Below, piece after piece: positions 17,209 through 28,408 of a stretch of DNA of 51,077 bases (positions within the stretch are counted from its first letter, which is position 1; each line of letters begins with the position of its first letter). The notes beneath the pieces were generated by a model. The model was not told the DNA's origin and ran no database searches. It saw only the letters and a program-made list of their open reading frames with translations. Made by a program: the position numbers and the translations under genes. Origin of the DNA: a virus (taxonomy: Duplodnaviria; Caudoviricetes); IMG/VR virus record IMGVR_UViG_3300020735_000013, positions 1 to 51,077 of that record; one strand, written 5' to 3'.

Positions 17209-19204
17209 ATGAGTGATCTATTTAAACAGCAAGAGCTATTGAAATCCCTACTGGTAGAGGATGCCCTGCTTTTTGAAGAGGGCGACTGGGACGGGCTGGC
17301 CCAAGTGCGTATGAGTATTGACGCAGTCCGAGATCAAATTGCTAAACTACAAGGAGACTAACATGAGACAGCAAATAGTAGAAATGGCACTGCGTGAGCT
17401 CAACCGGCTAATACTTAATGAGGTAGAATATCCCACGGCCTTTGACCGGTTACTGTTGAACCTAGAGCTCAGTAGTGCTGAGGGTGATGAGCTCCAACGA
17501 TTGTATGACGAACAGGGATGGGCAAGATAATGACTAGAGTACAAACCCATTACCAAGGCGATGCCATGGTGTTTATCCAACGCGACGGCACTAAGGCCAC
17601 GCACCCCTATGAATTCACCCACAAGGGTGTTGACTATTACCTGCTAGGTGGTGTATACTATGACCTAGAGCAGGATTTGATTGACAGAATATTTAATTAG
17701 TTTTCGGTGGTTTGGTGACACTATTCAGCTCAAGTACTCGCAGACGAACGACTAAAAAGACACCAAGCCACCACCCAATACAGGAGGATATATGGCCGTA
17801 TCATTAGCACACAACATGGGTAACATAGTGCGCTCCAATATGAAGTGTACTAACTGCACCCATAAACGCGCATTCTTTTATAGCAAAGGCATTTGGTTTT
17901 GCTGGCACTGTAAGTGCACTCGACCAATGACACCAGTAGAAATTGATCAAGTAAATGAAGAGAACCAAAAACAAAGGGAGTACTCATAATGATTAAATAC
18001 GCAGTCAGATTAGACAATCAGGTAATATGGACCTGCGACGGCAAAGAAGAGCTCTATGATAGTGAGGAGGATGCTCTCTTGGCACTTCAGGAAGAGATGG
18101 ATGCCTGCGAGCGTGCGTGCCATCTTGGCTACATGGAGGACATTGGGGACTTTGACAATTACAGAATAGTGGAGGTGGAAAATGACTAATTGCTACTTAA
18201 TCGAGTTTGAAAATTTAGACGGGTGTTTCCAGTATGAGAGCTTTATGGCTGAGGATCAGTTTGAGGCAATCGACTTGTTTGACGAGCACTACCCAAAGTG
18301 CACGCCTTACAATGTATTCCTACAATTAAACCAATGGAGCAAAAACGATGAGTAAAAAGTACAAAGCATACGCAACAATCTCATACGATCTTGTTTGCGA
18401 GTTTGAGGTAGAAGACGGCGAGGATCCGTGGGACGTGGGGCGTAACCTCGACGGCGGTGATTTTAAAGAGATTGACAATTCCAGTGACTGGAACGTCTTT
18501 GACGTCGTGGAGGTAACAGAATAATGGGCGCGCTATATGACCTGATATTGAACGATGAGTACCGCACCACAATCTACGCGCATGATGAGCAGGACGCGTG
18601 GGAGATTGCTAATAGGTGGTACAATAACCCCGAGCAGGCCAAGATTAAACTACATGAGGAGCAGGTATAATGAAAACAATCACTATGACAATTGACGAAT
18701 ACAACACAATACGTCGTCTCAAAGATTTTGCGCAATGGTACATTGAAGAGCGAGAGCCAAGTGGCGAGCAGTATTTTATGGATCTTGAGGATGTATGTGC
18801 AGGCCAAGCGGCCATTGCGATTATTGACAGTAATATCTTTAAGCAGTATACTGCTGAAACATTCGAACCAACACAGGAGTAATGCCATGACATTCACAAT
18901 CAAAGACGTAAACAACATCGAGACAGACGACGAGGTAAGCCCAGCGGAGTATTACCAGTCAATCCAGCGCGCTATCAATGCCGGTATGTGGTCAATGCAG
19001 GGATCATACGGACGTGCCATGATGGACGCTATCAATGAGGGTAAGTGTTTGTTAGGCCTTAAACCTGCTAAGGATTATTGGGGTAACACTATCCCATCGC
19101 GCCTACAAGTTAAGGACGGCACCAAGGGATCATGGGACTATGTCAAAGAGCACAGCGGCATGGTATGGGCAAACAATATGGCAGGTGTTGACATCAAGAA
19201 ATAA
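17209..19204 (+). other. Array of small, tightly packed early ORFs (e.g. 17792-17989 Cys-rich, 17989-18189, 18670-18882, 18887-19204, plus several <60 aa)
   Basis: Consecutive GGAG-type RBSs and overlapping stop/start codons on the + strand; no recognisable functions. Confidence 0.6.
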
Positions 19205-19216
19205 TTGCAGTATAAT
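19188..19216 (+). promoter_or_regulatory. Consensus sigma70 promoter
   Basis: TTGACA-17 nt-TATAAT, upstream of the genes leading to the phage sigma factor. Confidence 0.88.
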
Positions 19217-19236
19217 ATCATTTTACTGGAGGATAT

Positions 19237-19500
19237 ATGAACAATCTAATCGACGAGTATGGCATCATCAATCAACGCATCGCTGAGCTAGAGGAGATCA
19301 AACATAAACTCAAGGCCGAGATTCTCTCACGTGGTGTTGGTATCTATGAGGGGCTCTCATGGTTTGCTGAAGTGCAAGAGTATGACCGTGAGAACATCTC
19401 AGCACCATTGGTGCGTAAGTTAAGCAATGAGGATTTTGTAAAGCAGGTGACAACCATTCAACATATCAAGGCAGTAGTAGTTAAACCACTGGAGGCATAA
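19237..19500 (+). CDS. Hypothetical coiled-coil protein
   Basis: GGAGG RBS, 87 aa. Confidence 0.65.
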   Translation: MNNLIDEYGIINQRIAELEEIKHKLKAEILSRGVGIYEGLSWFAEVQEYDRENISAPLVRKLSNEDFVKQVTTIQHIKAVVVKPLEA

Positions 19501-19979
19501 CATGCACGGATTAAACATTATTAAAAGACTCAACCGCACAGAGCAGGACTTTATTGACCACATCCTTGCAACACCAGTACCGGATGTAAACCTATTAGAC
19601 GTGTGGACTAATTGGAAAGCAGAACAAGCAGAGGCCAAGGCAGATGTCGCAGTACAAGTACATACTGATTGACGAGTTTGGAGGGGCCTGCAGGCAGTTT
19701 GTATCTAAGCTGGAGGCTACCCCCTACCTTACCGCAGGCATGAGCTTAAAGGCACTACCACGTCAGCCCAAAGTCAGCCCGTACCAATTAGCCACAACAC
19801 TATTGAAGGAGGCACCATTTTGAAAGTCATCGGATTCTTTATGTTTATTTATGGCTGGTTTACCTTGTATGATGCAGGCCTTAGCTTTGAGGGCACAGCA
19901 TTCTTACTAGCAGGCCTGCTCATTGTGATGTACGAGGAGATCTTGCCACGTGTTGAGATTTTATTCAGAAGGAATCACA

Positions 19980-20543
19980 ATGAATGACTTTTTAACTGAT
20001 TACCTGCAATCCCTGTATGGTATACCAGTGTTAGATTCAGAAGAGGAGTACGCATTAGCAGAGCGCATCAGTCAAGGTGACGAGCAGGCATTAGATAAGC
20101 TGGTCACCCACAACCTGCGCTTTGTGGTGTATACTGTACGCAAACTGACGGCGTGGAACCACTCACGCACACCGCAGGAGGATTTGATTGGCATGGGCAA
20201 CATGGCACTACTAAAAGCCGCTCGCCAGTGGAAACCAACCCAAGGTGCTAAGTTTGCCACGTACGCCAAGGGGTTTATCCTTCGAGGCATTGAGCGTGGA
20301 CAAGATGACACTGAGAACCTGATACGTATACCAATCAAGGTGCGAGAGGAGATGCGCAAACTGATGTACACTGAGCGTGCATTAACTCAAACACTAGGAC
20401 GACAACCCACGGCCAATGAGATGGCCACTATCTTAAACAAGACAACCAAGAGGATTAACCAGCTTAAGTTTTACATGCAACAAGAGCCAGCGTCCTTGGA
20501 CGCACTGCAATTAGATAAACTGGAGGATAACGAAGATGAGTAA
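19980..20543 (+). CDS. sigma70-family factor with regions 1.2, 2 and 3 only (no region 4)
   Basis: DYLQSL..PVLDSEEEYALA, LVTHNLRFVV, EDLIGMGNMALLKAA, KFATYA, LIRIP, LGRQPTANEMA; ends just after SLD and an acidic finger. Confidence 0.88.
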   Translation: MNDFLTDYLQSLYGIPVLDSEEEYALAERISQGDEQALDKLVTHNLRFVVYTVRKLTAWNHSRTPQEDLIGMGNMALLKAARQWKPTQGAKFATYAKGFILRGIERGQDDTENLIRIPIKVREEMRKLMYTERALTQTLGRQPTANEMATILNKTTKRINQLKFYMQQEPASLDALQLDKLEDNEDE

Positions 20544-20883
20544 CTTTACACCCGAGCAAACCCGCGCCTATGAGCGATTCATTCGCGCCCGTAACAATGT
20601 ATCCCTTGGCCAGTACCGCCAGTACAATAAGAACCCATGGCAACCCACCTCAGACGTGGTGTGCACAGTGGACACAGAGAACATGAACCACCCACTGTTT
20701 GAACAAAATGATGCGTGGCTGGAGTACAAAGAGGCCAGCTTAGCATGGTGGGCCATTGAGCCACGCTACCGAGATGAACAGCGTATGCGCTCATCACGTG
20801 GTGATTATGGTAAGGCAGACAACTGGGACGTACGTGCCAGCTATGTAAAGGACAGCTTTAAGAACATCGAGAAAGGGCAGTAA
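20536..20883 (+). CDS. Hypothetical protein
   Basis: 115-aa ORF coupled to the sigma gene. Confidence 0.6.
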   Translation: MSNFTPEQTRAYERFIRARNNVSLGQYRQYNKNPWQPTSDVVCTVDTENMNHPLFEQNDAWLEYKEASLAWWAIEPRYRDEQRMRSSRGDYGKADNWDVRASYVKDSFKNIEKGQ

Positions 20884-20884
20884 T

Positions 20885-21076
20885 ATGAAACTGATACCAA
20901 CAGAAATCCATGAGGATGGTGAGCTCACTAAGATTGAGTACCACAATGAGGCAGGTGAGTTTGTCATCGAGGCAGTATGGGATCCTGAAGATGAGCAGAC
21001 CAGTGAGAATCGTGTAAAATTTCGTGCGTGGGCAACCCGCCTATTAGATCAAAAAGGATATGAGGTGATTAAATGA
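20885..21076 (+). CDS. Hypothetical protein
   Basis: 63-aa ORF in the same operon. Confidence 0.55.
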   Translation: MKLIPTEIHEDGELTKIEYHNEAGEFVIEAVWDPEDEQTSENRVKFRAWATRLLDQKGYEVIK

Positions 21077-21241
21077 ATAAAGATCCATGGGACAACTACC
21101 TAAAATGGTTATTACTTTTCACCGCCTTATACTTTTTAGGGCACATAGCCTGTGCGTTGGCTGATCAGACCATCGTACAGACACCAGGTGCACCGACTAC
21201 TACCTGCATTGTCAACAAGGGATGGGTTACCTGCTTGTAGT

Positions 21242-21467
21242 AAATGAGAATGATTCGCATTTGAGCCCTAATAAAATCAAGGACTTAGCGAAGACTTGCA
21301 TGGGTTGGGTGGGTTGTGTACCATATTCACCCCCCTTATACCCCCCTTTGATTTTTTTAAAAAGATTTTTTAAAAAAGATAAATAAAGGGTTACAACCCA
21401 GACAACCCATGCAGGCAACGTGTAACCCATTGATTTTATTCAATCCAAATGAGAATGATTATCATCT
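21242..21467. repeat. Origin-like element, copy 2 (mirror-symmetric; putative replication origin)
   Basis: Fur-like / IHF / iterons / AT-rich core / iterons / IHF / Fur-like, immediately upstream of primase-helicase. Confidence 0.75.
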
Positions 21468-21475
21468 AGCTTATA

Positions 21476-21518
21476 TTTCACATTGTGAGAGCATAAATAC
21501 CCCATTTTGCGTATTAGT
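21476..21518 (+). promoter_or_regulatory. Phage promoter with upstream TTTCACAWTGTGA palindrome
   Basis: tttcacattgtgaga starts 32 bp before tgcgtattagt. Confidence 0.7.
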
Positions 21519-21539
21519 TATGGCAAGAAGAAAGGAATT

Positions 21540-23840
21540 ATGAAACCAAACACGCTACCAGTCCTGACACAAAACATACCAGCGACCCTAAAGAAAATCC
21601 CACGCTGGGTGATGTGGTCATTCGTCGAGGTAGGTGAGGGCGAGAACAAACGCTGGTCCAAGATGCCACTGCAGACTAATGGCAGACCGGCCTCATCCAC
21701 CAACCCCGAGACGTGGGCAGACTTCCTCACAGTCGAGGATGCCTATCAGTCAGGTAAATTCTCAGGTATCGGCTTTGTGTTCAGCAAGGACGACGACCTA
21801 GTAGGCATAGACTTAGACGATTGCTTTGACCACCAATCAGAGTCTTTCATAAATGCTGCAATGCAGCATCTCGCCAGTCAGGTCGATGGCTACATGGAGA
21901 TCAGCCCATCGGGTACCGGCGTAAAGATATTCACCCGCTCCATCCCGTTTGCCTCACACGCAGACCACTCAATCGGCTTTGAGGCGTATTCTCAATCTCG
22001 GTTCTTTACTGTAACAGGACACCATTTATCAGGGACAATACCCGATGAGCCTCAAGATCTCACAGACATCATTCCCGCCAGAGCTCTACGACACACAGGC
22101 GACGCCTTCGGTGACTACACAGCTCCACTGGAGGGATGGGACATCAACCGAGTCGAGACAGAACTCTTGGCCAACATCGACCCCGAGTGTGGCTACCATG
22201 ATTGGCTCAAAGTCGGGGCAATTCTACACCATCAATTTCATGGCGACGTCGAGGCGCTAGAGGCGTGGGATAGATGGTCAGCAACAGGCTCATCCTACAC
22301 CTCAACGGGTGACTACTCATGCGAGAACAAGTGGAGAACCTTTAAGGGCTCAGGTGCCACGCTGCGCTCATTGATATTCCAAGTGAACCAAAAGGAGCGT
22401 CAGCAGGCATTGGCACGTGGTGAGATTATCCTTGACGCTGGCACCATGAACCACGCCCGTAAATTCTTGGAGTCTTACTACACTGAGGAAGAGGGTTACA
22501 AGTTAGTGCACTACGCCGATGACTTTTATATCTACGGCGGCACACACTATGAGGTAATCGAGGAGGCAACGATCCGCTCCAAGGTATACACCTTCTTAGA
22601 TAAGTGCAAGAAGTCAGGTAAGCAAGGTGCGTTGGTGCCGTTCAACCCATCGCCGGCAACTGTCAGTGGCGCGTTAGATGCAATCAAGTCGATTGTCCAC
22701 CTACCAAACCACCAAAACACTAAGCCACCGATTTGGTTAGAAGAGTATGCACGCACTAAACCCGAGGCCAGCAAGTTAGTCTCACTTAAGAATGGCTTGT
22801 TTCATTTAGAGGACTCGATACTGATACCGCACTCACTGGGTTTTTTTACACAGAACTCTTTGCCGTTTGCTTATGATCCAATAGCCACATCACCAACGTG
22901 GGAGAACTTCTTACACTCGGTGTGGCCTGATGACCAGCAGTCTATCGAGTGCCTTCAAGAAATGTTTGGCTACATCCTTAGTGGTGACACCAAGCAACAA
23001 AAATTCTTCAACATCATCGGCCCACGTCGCTCAGGTAAAGGCACAATCAACAAGGTGCTCGTTGCCCTACTTGGACAACATAACACAGTGGCACCAGAAC
23101 TAGGAGAGCTTTGTGACACATTTGGTCTTCAACCTTGGCTTGGTAAGCTACTCGCTTCTTTTACTGATGCTCGCGCACCGGAAAGGAATCGTTCTGCTGT
23201 GGTTAGTCAGCTTCTTCGTATTGTGGGCGGTGATACCATTACCGTAAATCGCAAGAACAAAGAGGCATGGAACGGATACCTCCCAACGCGATTAGTAATC
23301 TACTCGAACGAAGTTTTGCAACTAACAGAGAACTCTAACGCATTGACTGGCCGTATGATTGTATTGAAGATGACCAAGTCGTTCTTTAATAAAGAGGACA
23401 CCGACCTAGCGCACAAGCTAGAGCAAGAGCTCGGTGGTATCTTTAACTGGGCGATGGAAGGACTCAAGCGTCGTATCAATCGCGGTGGCCACTTTGTGCA
23501 ACCTGAGAGCGGTAAAGAATACCTTGACCTGATGGCCGAGCTGGGCAATCCAATCGGCTCATTCGTTGAGGACGCGTTGATCTTTGACGCCACCTCAATG
23601 GTTAGCAAGGACGATGTGTTTGCATGCTACAAACACTGGGCGCTTAAGAAGTCTATGAGCCCAGGAACCGAGCAGGCATTTAAGCGCAGATTCTTGGCGG
23701 CAACTCAGGAGAACTTTGTTAAGTCAGATCTAGTTAGCACCAACGGCGAGAGATCGCACGTGTACATGGGTGTGCGCTTTAACGACAAGGCACAGAAATT
23801 CTTAGACGGAATTGTAAAATTTGATGAAGGAATATTTTAA
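21540..23840 (+). CDS. Primase-helicase (AEP-type primase, PriCT-2, D5-like SF3 helicase)
   Basis: GIDLDDC, EISPSGTG, RFFTVTG; YHDWLKVGAILH..WDRWS; Walker A GPRRSGKGT. Confidence 0.9.
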   Translation: MKPNTLPVLTQNIPATLKKIPRWVMWSFVEVGEGENKRWSKMPLQTNGRPASSTNPETWADFLTVEDAYQSGKFSGIGFVFSKDDDLVGIDLDDCFDHQSESFINAAMQHLASQVDGYMEISPSGTGVKIFTRSIPFASHADHSIGFEAYSQSRFFTVTGHHLSGTIPDEPQDLTDIIPARALRHTGDAFGDYTAPLEGWDINRVETELLANIDPECGYHDWLKVGAILHHQFHGDVEALEAWDRWSATGSSYTSTGDYSCENKWRTFKGSGATLRSLIFQVNQKERQQALARGEIILDAGTMNHARKFLESYYTEEEGYKLVHYADDFYIYGGTHYEVIEEATIRSKVYTFLDKCKKSGKQGALVPFNPSPATVSGALDAIKSIVHLPNHQNTKPPIWLEEYARTKPEASKLVSLKNGLFHLEDSILIPHSLGFFTQNSLPFAYDPIATSPTWENFLHSVWPDDQQSIECLQEMFGYILSGDTKQQKFFNIIGPRRSGKGTINKVLVALLGQHNTVAPELGELCDTFGLQPWLGKLLASFTDARAPERNRSAVVSQLLRIVGGDTITVNRKNKEAWNGYLPTRLVIYSNEVLQLTENSNALTGRMIVLKMTKSFFNKEDTDLAHKLEQELGGIFNWAMEGLKRRINRGGHFVQPESGKEYLDLMAELGNPIGSFVEDALIFDATSMVSKDDVFACYKHWALKKSMSPGTEQAFKRRFLAATQENFVKSDLVSTNGERSHVYMGVRFNDKAQKFLDGIVKFDEGIF

Positions 23841-23979
23841 TGAACGAGCAAGATGAGAAGAGTTTTTATATGGGGATGATTATCCTTGGACTGATTGTCA
23901 AAGGAGCACCCCTTGGATATATTCCTGACATGGCAACAAATCTATTAAACGAAATCACCAACAAACTAGAGGAGTCAAA

Positions 23980-24405
23980 ATGAAACAACGCGAAGGATGG
24001 GATGGCAAAACATATTACATACCTGAACTGGCTGATATGGTCGGTAAAACATTTAGCTCCGTCAAATTAAATGATGACGACACCGAGCTGTTGTTTGAAT
24101 GCGATGAGGGCACGTTTAGATTTTACCATGCGCAAGATTGTTGTGAGCACGTGCGCGTTGAAGATGTAATTGGCGACCTGCAAGATCTAGTGGGTGAGCC
24201 ACTGCTACGTGCAGAAGAAGAGTCCAGCGATGAGGCGCCAGAGCGTGAAGACAATCCCGACAACTATTGGGATGAGTGCCACACGTGGACTTTCTATAAG
24301 TTTGCAACTCGCAAGGGTTACGTGGACGTACGCTGGTTAGGCGAATCTAACGGCTACTACAGCGAGAGCGTAGACTTTGACTTTACACCAAAACAAGGAA
24401 ACTAA
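23980..24405 (+). CDS. Phage hypothetical protein
   Basis: QDCCE..WTFY..RWLGESNGYYSE; RBS present. Confidence 0.65.
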   Translation: MKQREGWDGKTYYIPELADMVGKTFSSVKLNDDDTELLFECDEGTFRFYHAQDCCEHVRVEDVIGDLQDLVGEPLLRAEEESSDEAPEREDNPDNYWDECHTWTFYKFATRKGYVDVRWLGESNGYYSESVDFDFTPKQGN

Positions 24406-27147
24406 ATGAACATCCATGCACCTGAAAGACAACAAGATGAAACCTTTGCGGGCTACAAGGAGCGTAGGCTCACCTCCAAGGCGATCTACAAAGAAAGCCA
24501 ACGTGGCCAACGATTGGCGGCAATGGATCCTAAACTTTTCTTCGTCACCCCGCATCATTGTAGTGTGGAGCGTAAAGCAAGGCGAGATCAGATTGCACTC
24601 ATGGGAGCTAGGCAGTACAAGCGCCTTACCAAACGGATGAAACGTGAAGCAGTTTAACTTTAGAAAAACCATTGCACGCAACAACTTCACCATCATCTTT
24701 GGTGGTGTTGGTTGTCGCAGAACCGTTTTGCATTTTTCATCGGGAGCCAAATCTAAAGAGCCATATAAGCGCACTAAATTATCTAAAATTCGTAGAGCAC
24801 ATCAAGGCTGGCAAAACAAAGTATTCGGTAGTATTCATGGATTAAAAATTCACCGTCAATACGGCCGCCGCAAACCAACACCGCAATTTAGGAGATAACA
24901 TGGAACGACATCTATTAGCAAACCGCATCATCACCCCTGACGGCACCATGCTCCAGTCATACCATCGCCACGACTACAAAGAGTACGTTGATGCCAATGG
25001 TAAAGAGTATATGATTGATGGCGGTATATACTATCAACGTTGCAACGTGCACGATGACGCACCACACCAAGACGCGAGTGTGTACTCAGACGATCCGCAT
25101 GAAGTCATTAGAGATGCTTTGCACTGGGGAACCTATGGCAAGAACGGCGACAAACCAATCCAATGGAAACCCGTGAGTGCCTTATCAAACCCGCACATCC
25201 ACGCGATCATCACAACCCAGCACCACATCCCCGAGCACATTAAAAAGGTATTTGTAGATGAGGAATTTTACCGCCGTGATCATGGCATTGTGGTGGAGGA
25301 CGCAGAATGAACGCAGATGAATTAGCTGATTTAATGGAAAAATATAGCACTGCTGGATTTATGAGTCCGTTGGCGGAAGAGTTTAAAAAAGCAGCCACAA
25401 TGCTACGCCAGCAACAAGCTGAAATAGAGGCGTTGAACCAGCGCATTGAACGCATGATTGAAAACGCAAGCCATCATGAAGGTATCGCACATGCCGGTGG
25501 GTTTGAACAAGGTCATGAGGTCGGGCGCCAACTTGGCATGAAACAAGAGCGAGCATTGTGGGAACTAGCAGCATCAACACAGGAGATAATGAAATGACCA
25601 CCTTCACCACACAAGACCGGCAAGATGCGCAACGCACTCCGTTGACCGATCATGCAATACTATTAAACGCACGTTATTTTGAAGAGCTATACACAACATA
25701 CGATAAGGCAACAGATACAAATACAGTACATGTTCGTTTTGATGCTTTAAAGTTCGCCCGCGCCATCGAACGCGCCCACGGAATAGGAGAATAGTATGAT
25801 TGAAGTTAAAAAAGTCAGAAGACAAAACGCAATTAAACCAATTCGGTTGAACCAAGGTCAATATATGGCTCTTGTAAATATGGGCGAAGATCCAACCAAA
25901 TTTATAAACAAATTAGTTGCCAAAGTAGCCAAGAAAAGACGCTGGACTTGGTGGTTTGCCAAACAGGCAAATAAACCATGAGCTTCACCATCCACCAAGC
26001 AGACGGCCTCAAAGTCATCCAGTGGTTCCCCACAACCGACGAACTTATTGCCAGCATGCTGGCCAACCCTAACGACGTATACCATAGGAACACATGATGA
26101 CAACCGAACAAGACGCAGTACAACTATACAACCACGTCATGCACAACGCGCTGATCTACGGCCAAGGTTTCTTGCGCTTTACAGCAGACGGCAAGTGTGA
26201 GGTGGTAGATCCCAGCCAATATAAAGAGCTGGCTGAAGCGTTACTGTGGGCAGAAGAAAATCAGGTGAAACATGATGATTGACATAGGACTAGCTTTTAT
26301 CATAGGCCTGATGATCGGGTTGGTGTTAAAACCTAAAAACAAAGACTTAGCTGAGCAACAGGCAATCTACGACAAGAGGCTAATTCAGTACGAGATTGAT
26401 ATTGCATATTATAAAGAACTGTGCAAATGGCACGTAGAACAAAGGAAAGCAAATGACCAAACCAAAAGTAGTTAAACCGGCGGTAAAAGAAAAAAGCGGC
26501 AAAGTAATCGCTGGCACCCCAGCACTCTCACACACCGAGATTGAAAAGAAAGCTGGCCGTAAGAAGAATGAAGACAAGCGTGGCTTCTTGCTATCAACCG
26601 GCGAATTTGCCGATCGTAAAGAGGCCGCCAAGGTAGCTAAGGCTGCAGGCGAGGTAAAGAAACCAGGCAAAAAGCTACACAGCCATGAGCTACGCCAAGG
26701 ACTAGGAATTAAGAAGGCACCGAAATGACAACAACCCGAGACGGAGGTAAAGGTGATGCAAGACGACCACTCACAATTGACGAAGAGCAGTTTAATAAAA
26801 ACTGGGATGCAATCTTTAATAAGGATGATAAGAGCGAGACACCAAGCGAAGATGAATCCGAAATCCTTAACACCATCCCCTTCGGACGCTAAGAAGGCGT
26901 ATGAAGAACGCAAAGAAGCACTACTGAAAGGCAGACCATGACCAAAAAGAAAACAGTCGAGTTTGAAGAGGGCTGGGCCGACGAGCTCGACCTAACCCCC
27001 GATGAGCTGGCTGACCTCATGCGCGGTATAACCCAGCTAGTCGAGACTGGAGAGATCTTTGAAGAGGCCATCCCAGTCAGTGAACTGCCAGAAGAAGAAC
27101 GTGCAGAGATCTATGAGCGCCTAAGCAAAAAGAATACGAGGCATTGA
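24406..27147 (+). other. Cluster of small hypothetical ORFs (24406-24657, 24644-24898, 24900-25310, 25307-25597, 25796-25981, 26094-26282, 26272-26475, Lys-rich 26453-26728, 26938-27147)
   Basis: Same strand, translationally coupled; functions not recognisable. Confidence 0.55.
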
Positions 27148-27755
27148 TGATTAAGAAGAAAAAGAAGTACAACTACTACAAGCTAGACGTTGGCTTTTTT
27201 CCAGACATTGTTAAGCTCTGTTTTGATGACAATGTATTTCAACAAATTTTAAAAGACCATGAGATTACTCTTAAAGCTAATGCACTGGATTGTGGAATTG
27301 CCGAGACTCACCTTATTGGCGATGGCAAAGATGCGATCATCATTCTGGTTTTTAATATGGCTCTTGTTAATGATAATCTTGGCGAGCTGGTTGACACGAT
27401 TACTCACGAAGTTAGTCATGCCGTCGATCACCTGGCCGAGCACATAGGCGAAGAGGATAACTTTGTCAATGAGACCCGCGCCTATCTATCAGGCCATTTA
27501 GCCGGCCAGATCTTTAAGATCTGCATACACGAAAAGGAAAAGTATGCTGGAAAAGCAAGTAGAAAGTTATCTAAACAAGCGAGTAAAAGAAGCGGGCGGT
27601 CTGAGCTACAAGTGGATCAGCTCGGTGAGCGGAGTTTGCGATCGGATAGTACTGATAAACCAGAGGTGCTTCTTCGTGGAACTGAAGACAATGACCGGAA
27701 AGATATCACCAAGGCAGACGATAGTTTTTTCTCAAATGAAAGAACAGGGTTTTGA
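27144..27755 (+). CDS. Hypothetical protein with HExxH motif
   Basis: TITHEVSHAVDH..ETRAY; zincin-like motif. Confidence 0.55.
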   Translation: MMIKKKKKYNYYKLDVGFFPDIVKLCFDDNVFQQILKDHEITLKANALDCGIAETHLIGDGKDAIIILVFNMALVNDNLGELVDTITHEVSHAVDHLAEHIGEEDNFVNETRAYLSGHLAGQIFKICIHEKEKYAGKASRKLSKQASKRSGRSELQVDQLGERSLRSDSTDKPEVLLRGTEDNDRKDITKADDSFFSNERTGF

Positions 27756-27816
27756 GGTGCGTATACTGAAGAGCAAGGAAGACATAGATGAATTTATTAG
27801 GGGCGCTTTGGCATGA
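27544..27816 (+). CDS. VRR-NUC domain nuclease
   Basis: EKQVE..GVCDRIVL..FFVELK..GKISPRQ. Confidence 0.85.
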   Translation: MLEKQVESYLNKRVKEAGGLSYKWISSVSGVCDRIVLINQRCFFVELKTMTGKISPRQTIVFSQMKEQGFEVRILKSKEDIDEFIRGALA

Positions 27817-27830
27817 ATATGCGTATTAGT
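27801..27830 (+). promoter_or_regulatory. Phage promoter GGGCG-N15-GCGTATTAGT
   Basis: gggcg ctttggcatgaatat gcgtattagt. Confidence 0.65.
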
Positions 27831-27922
27831 AGATATAGAGAAGGCGAAAAGGTTTGCAAGCCCTGTCTGTGCCGATACACAGTCTAGCCCCTCTAATATC
27901 CCCTACTTATCGGAGTATCAAA

Positions 27923-28408
27923 ATGAAACTTTGCAATATTTGCAACGAAACAAAACCCCTATCAGAATTTTATAAAAACCCACCTGCAAAAGACGGTCAC
28001 CACAAAGTCTGCATATTGTGCTATTTAAAAAGGAGCAGTAAGTCTAAAAAAGAATACAAAACGACAAAACGGGGGCACATGCAGGCATTTAAGGGAGCGG
28101 CAGCTCATAGAGCAAGAAAAAGTAACTTGCCATTTGATATTGACATTGATTATTTAATGTCTATTGCAACAGACACTTGTCCTGTATTTAAAACACCTTT
28201 CGAATGGGGTCAATATAATGGTCCGAGACATGCTTTCGGTCCGTCGTTAGACAGAATTATCCCCGAATTGGGTTATGTTAAAGGAAACGTAGTATTTATT
28301 AGTAATTTAGCAAATACAGTTAAATCAAACGTTACAGAAAAAGAACTTTATGCTGTGGCCGATTGGTTACACGACGCAAGAAAGAAAGTACTTGATGCTC
28401 AAACGTAA
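27923..28408 (+). CDS. HNH-like homing endonuclease
   Basis: CNIC..KPLSEFY..CILC zinc ribbon; CPVF..PSLDRIIPELGYVKGNV..ANTVK. Confidence 0.8.
   Translation: MKLCNICNETKPLSEFYKNPPAKDGHHKVCILCYLKRSSKSKKEYKTTKRGHMQAFKGAAAHRARKSNLPFDIDIDYLMSIATDTCPVFKTPFEWGQYNGPRHAFGPSLDRIIPELGYVKGNVVFISNLANTVKSNVTEKELYAVADWLHDARKKVLDAQT

Noticed and set aside
15098-21467. The two origin-like repeats as att sites or transposon ends
   Set aside because: No integrase or transposase, and the enclosed DNA holds the early genes and sigma factor.
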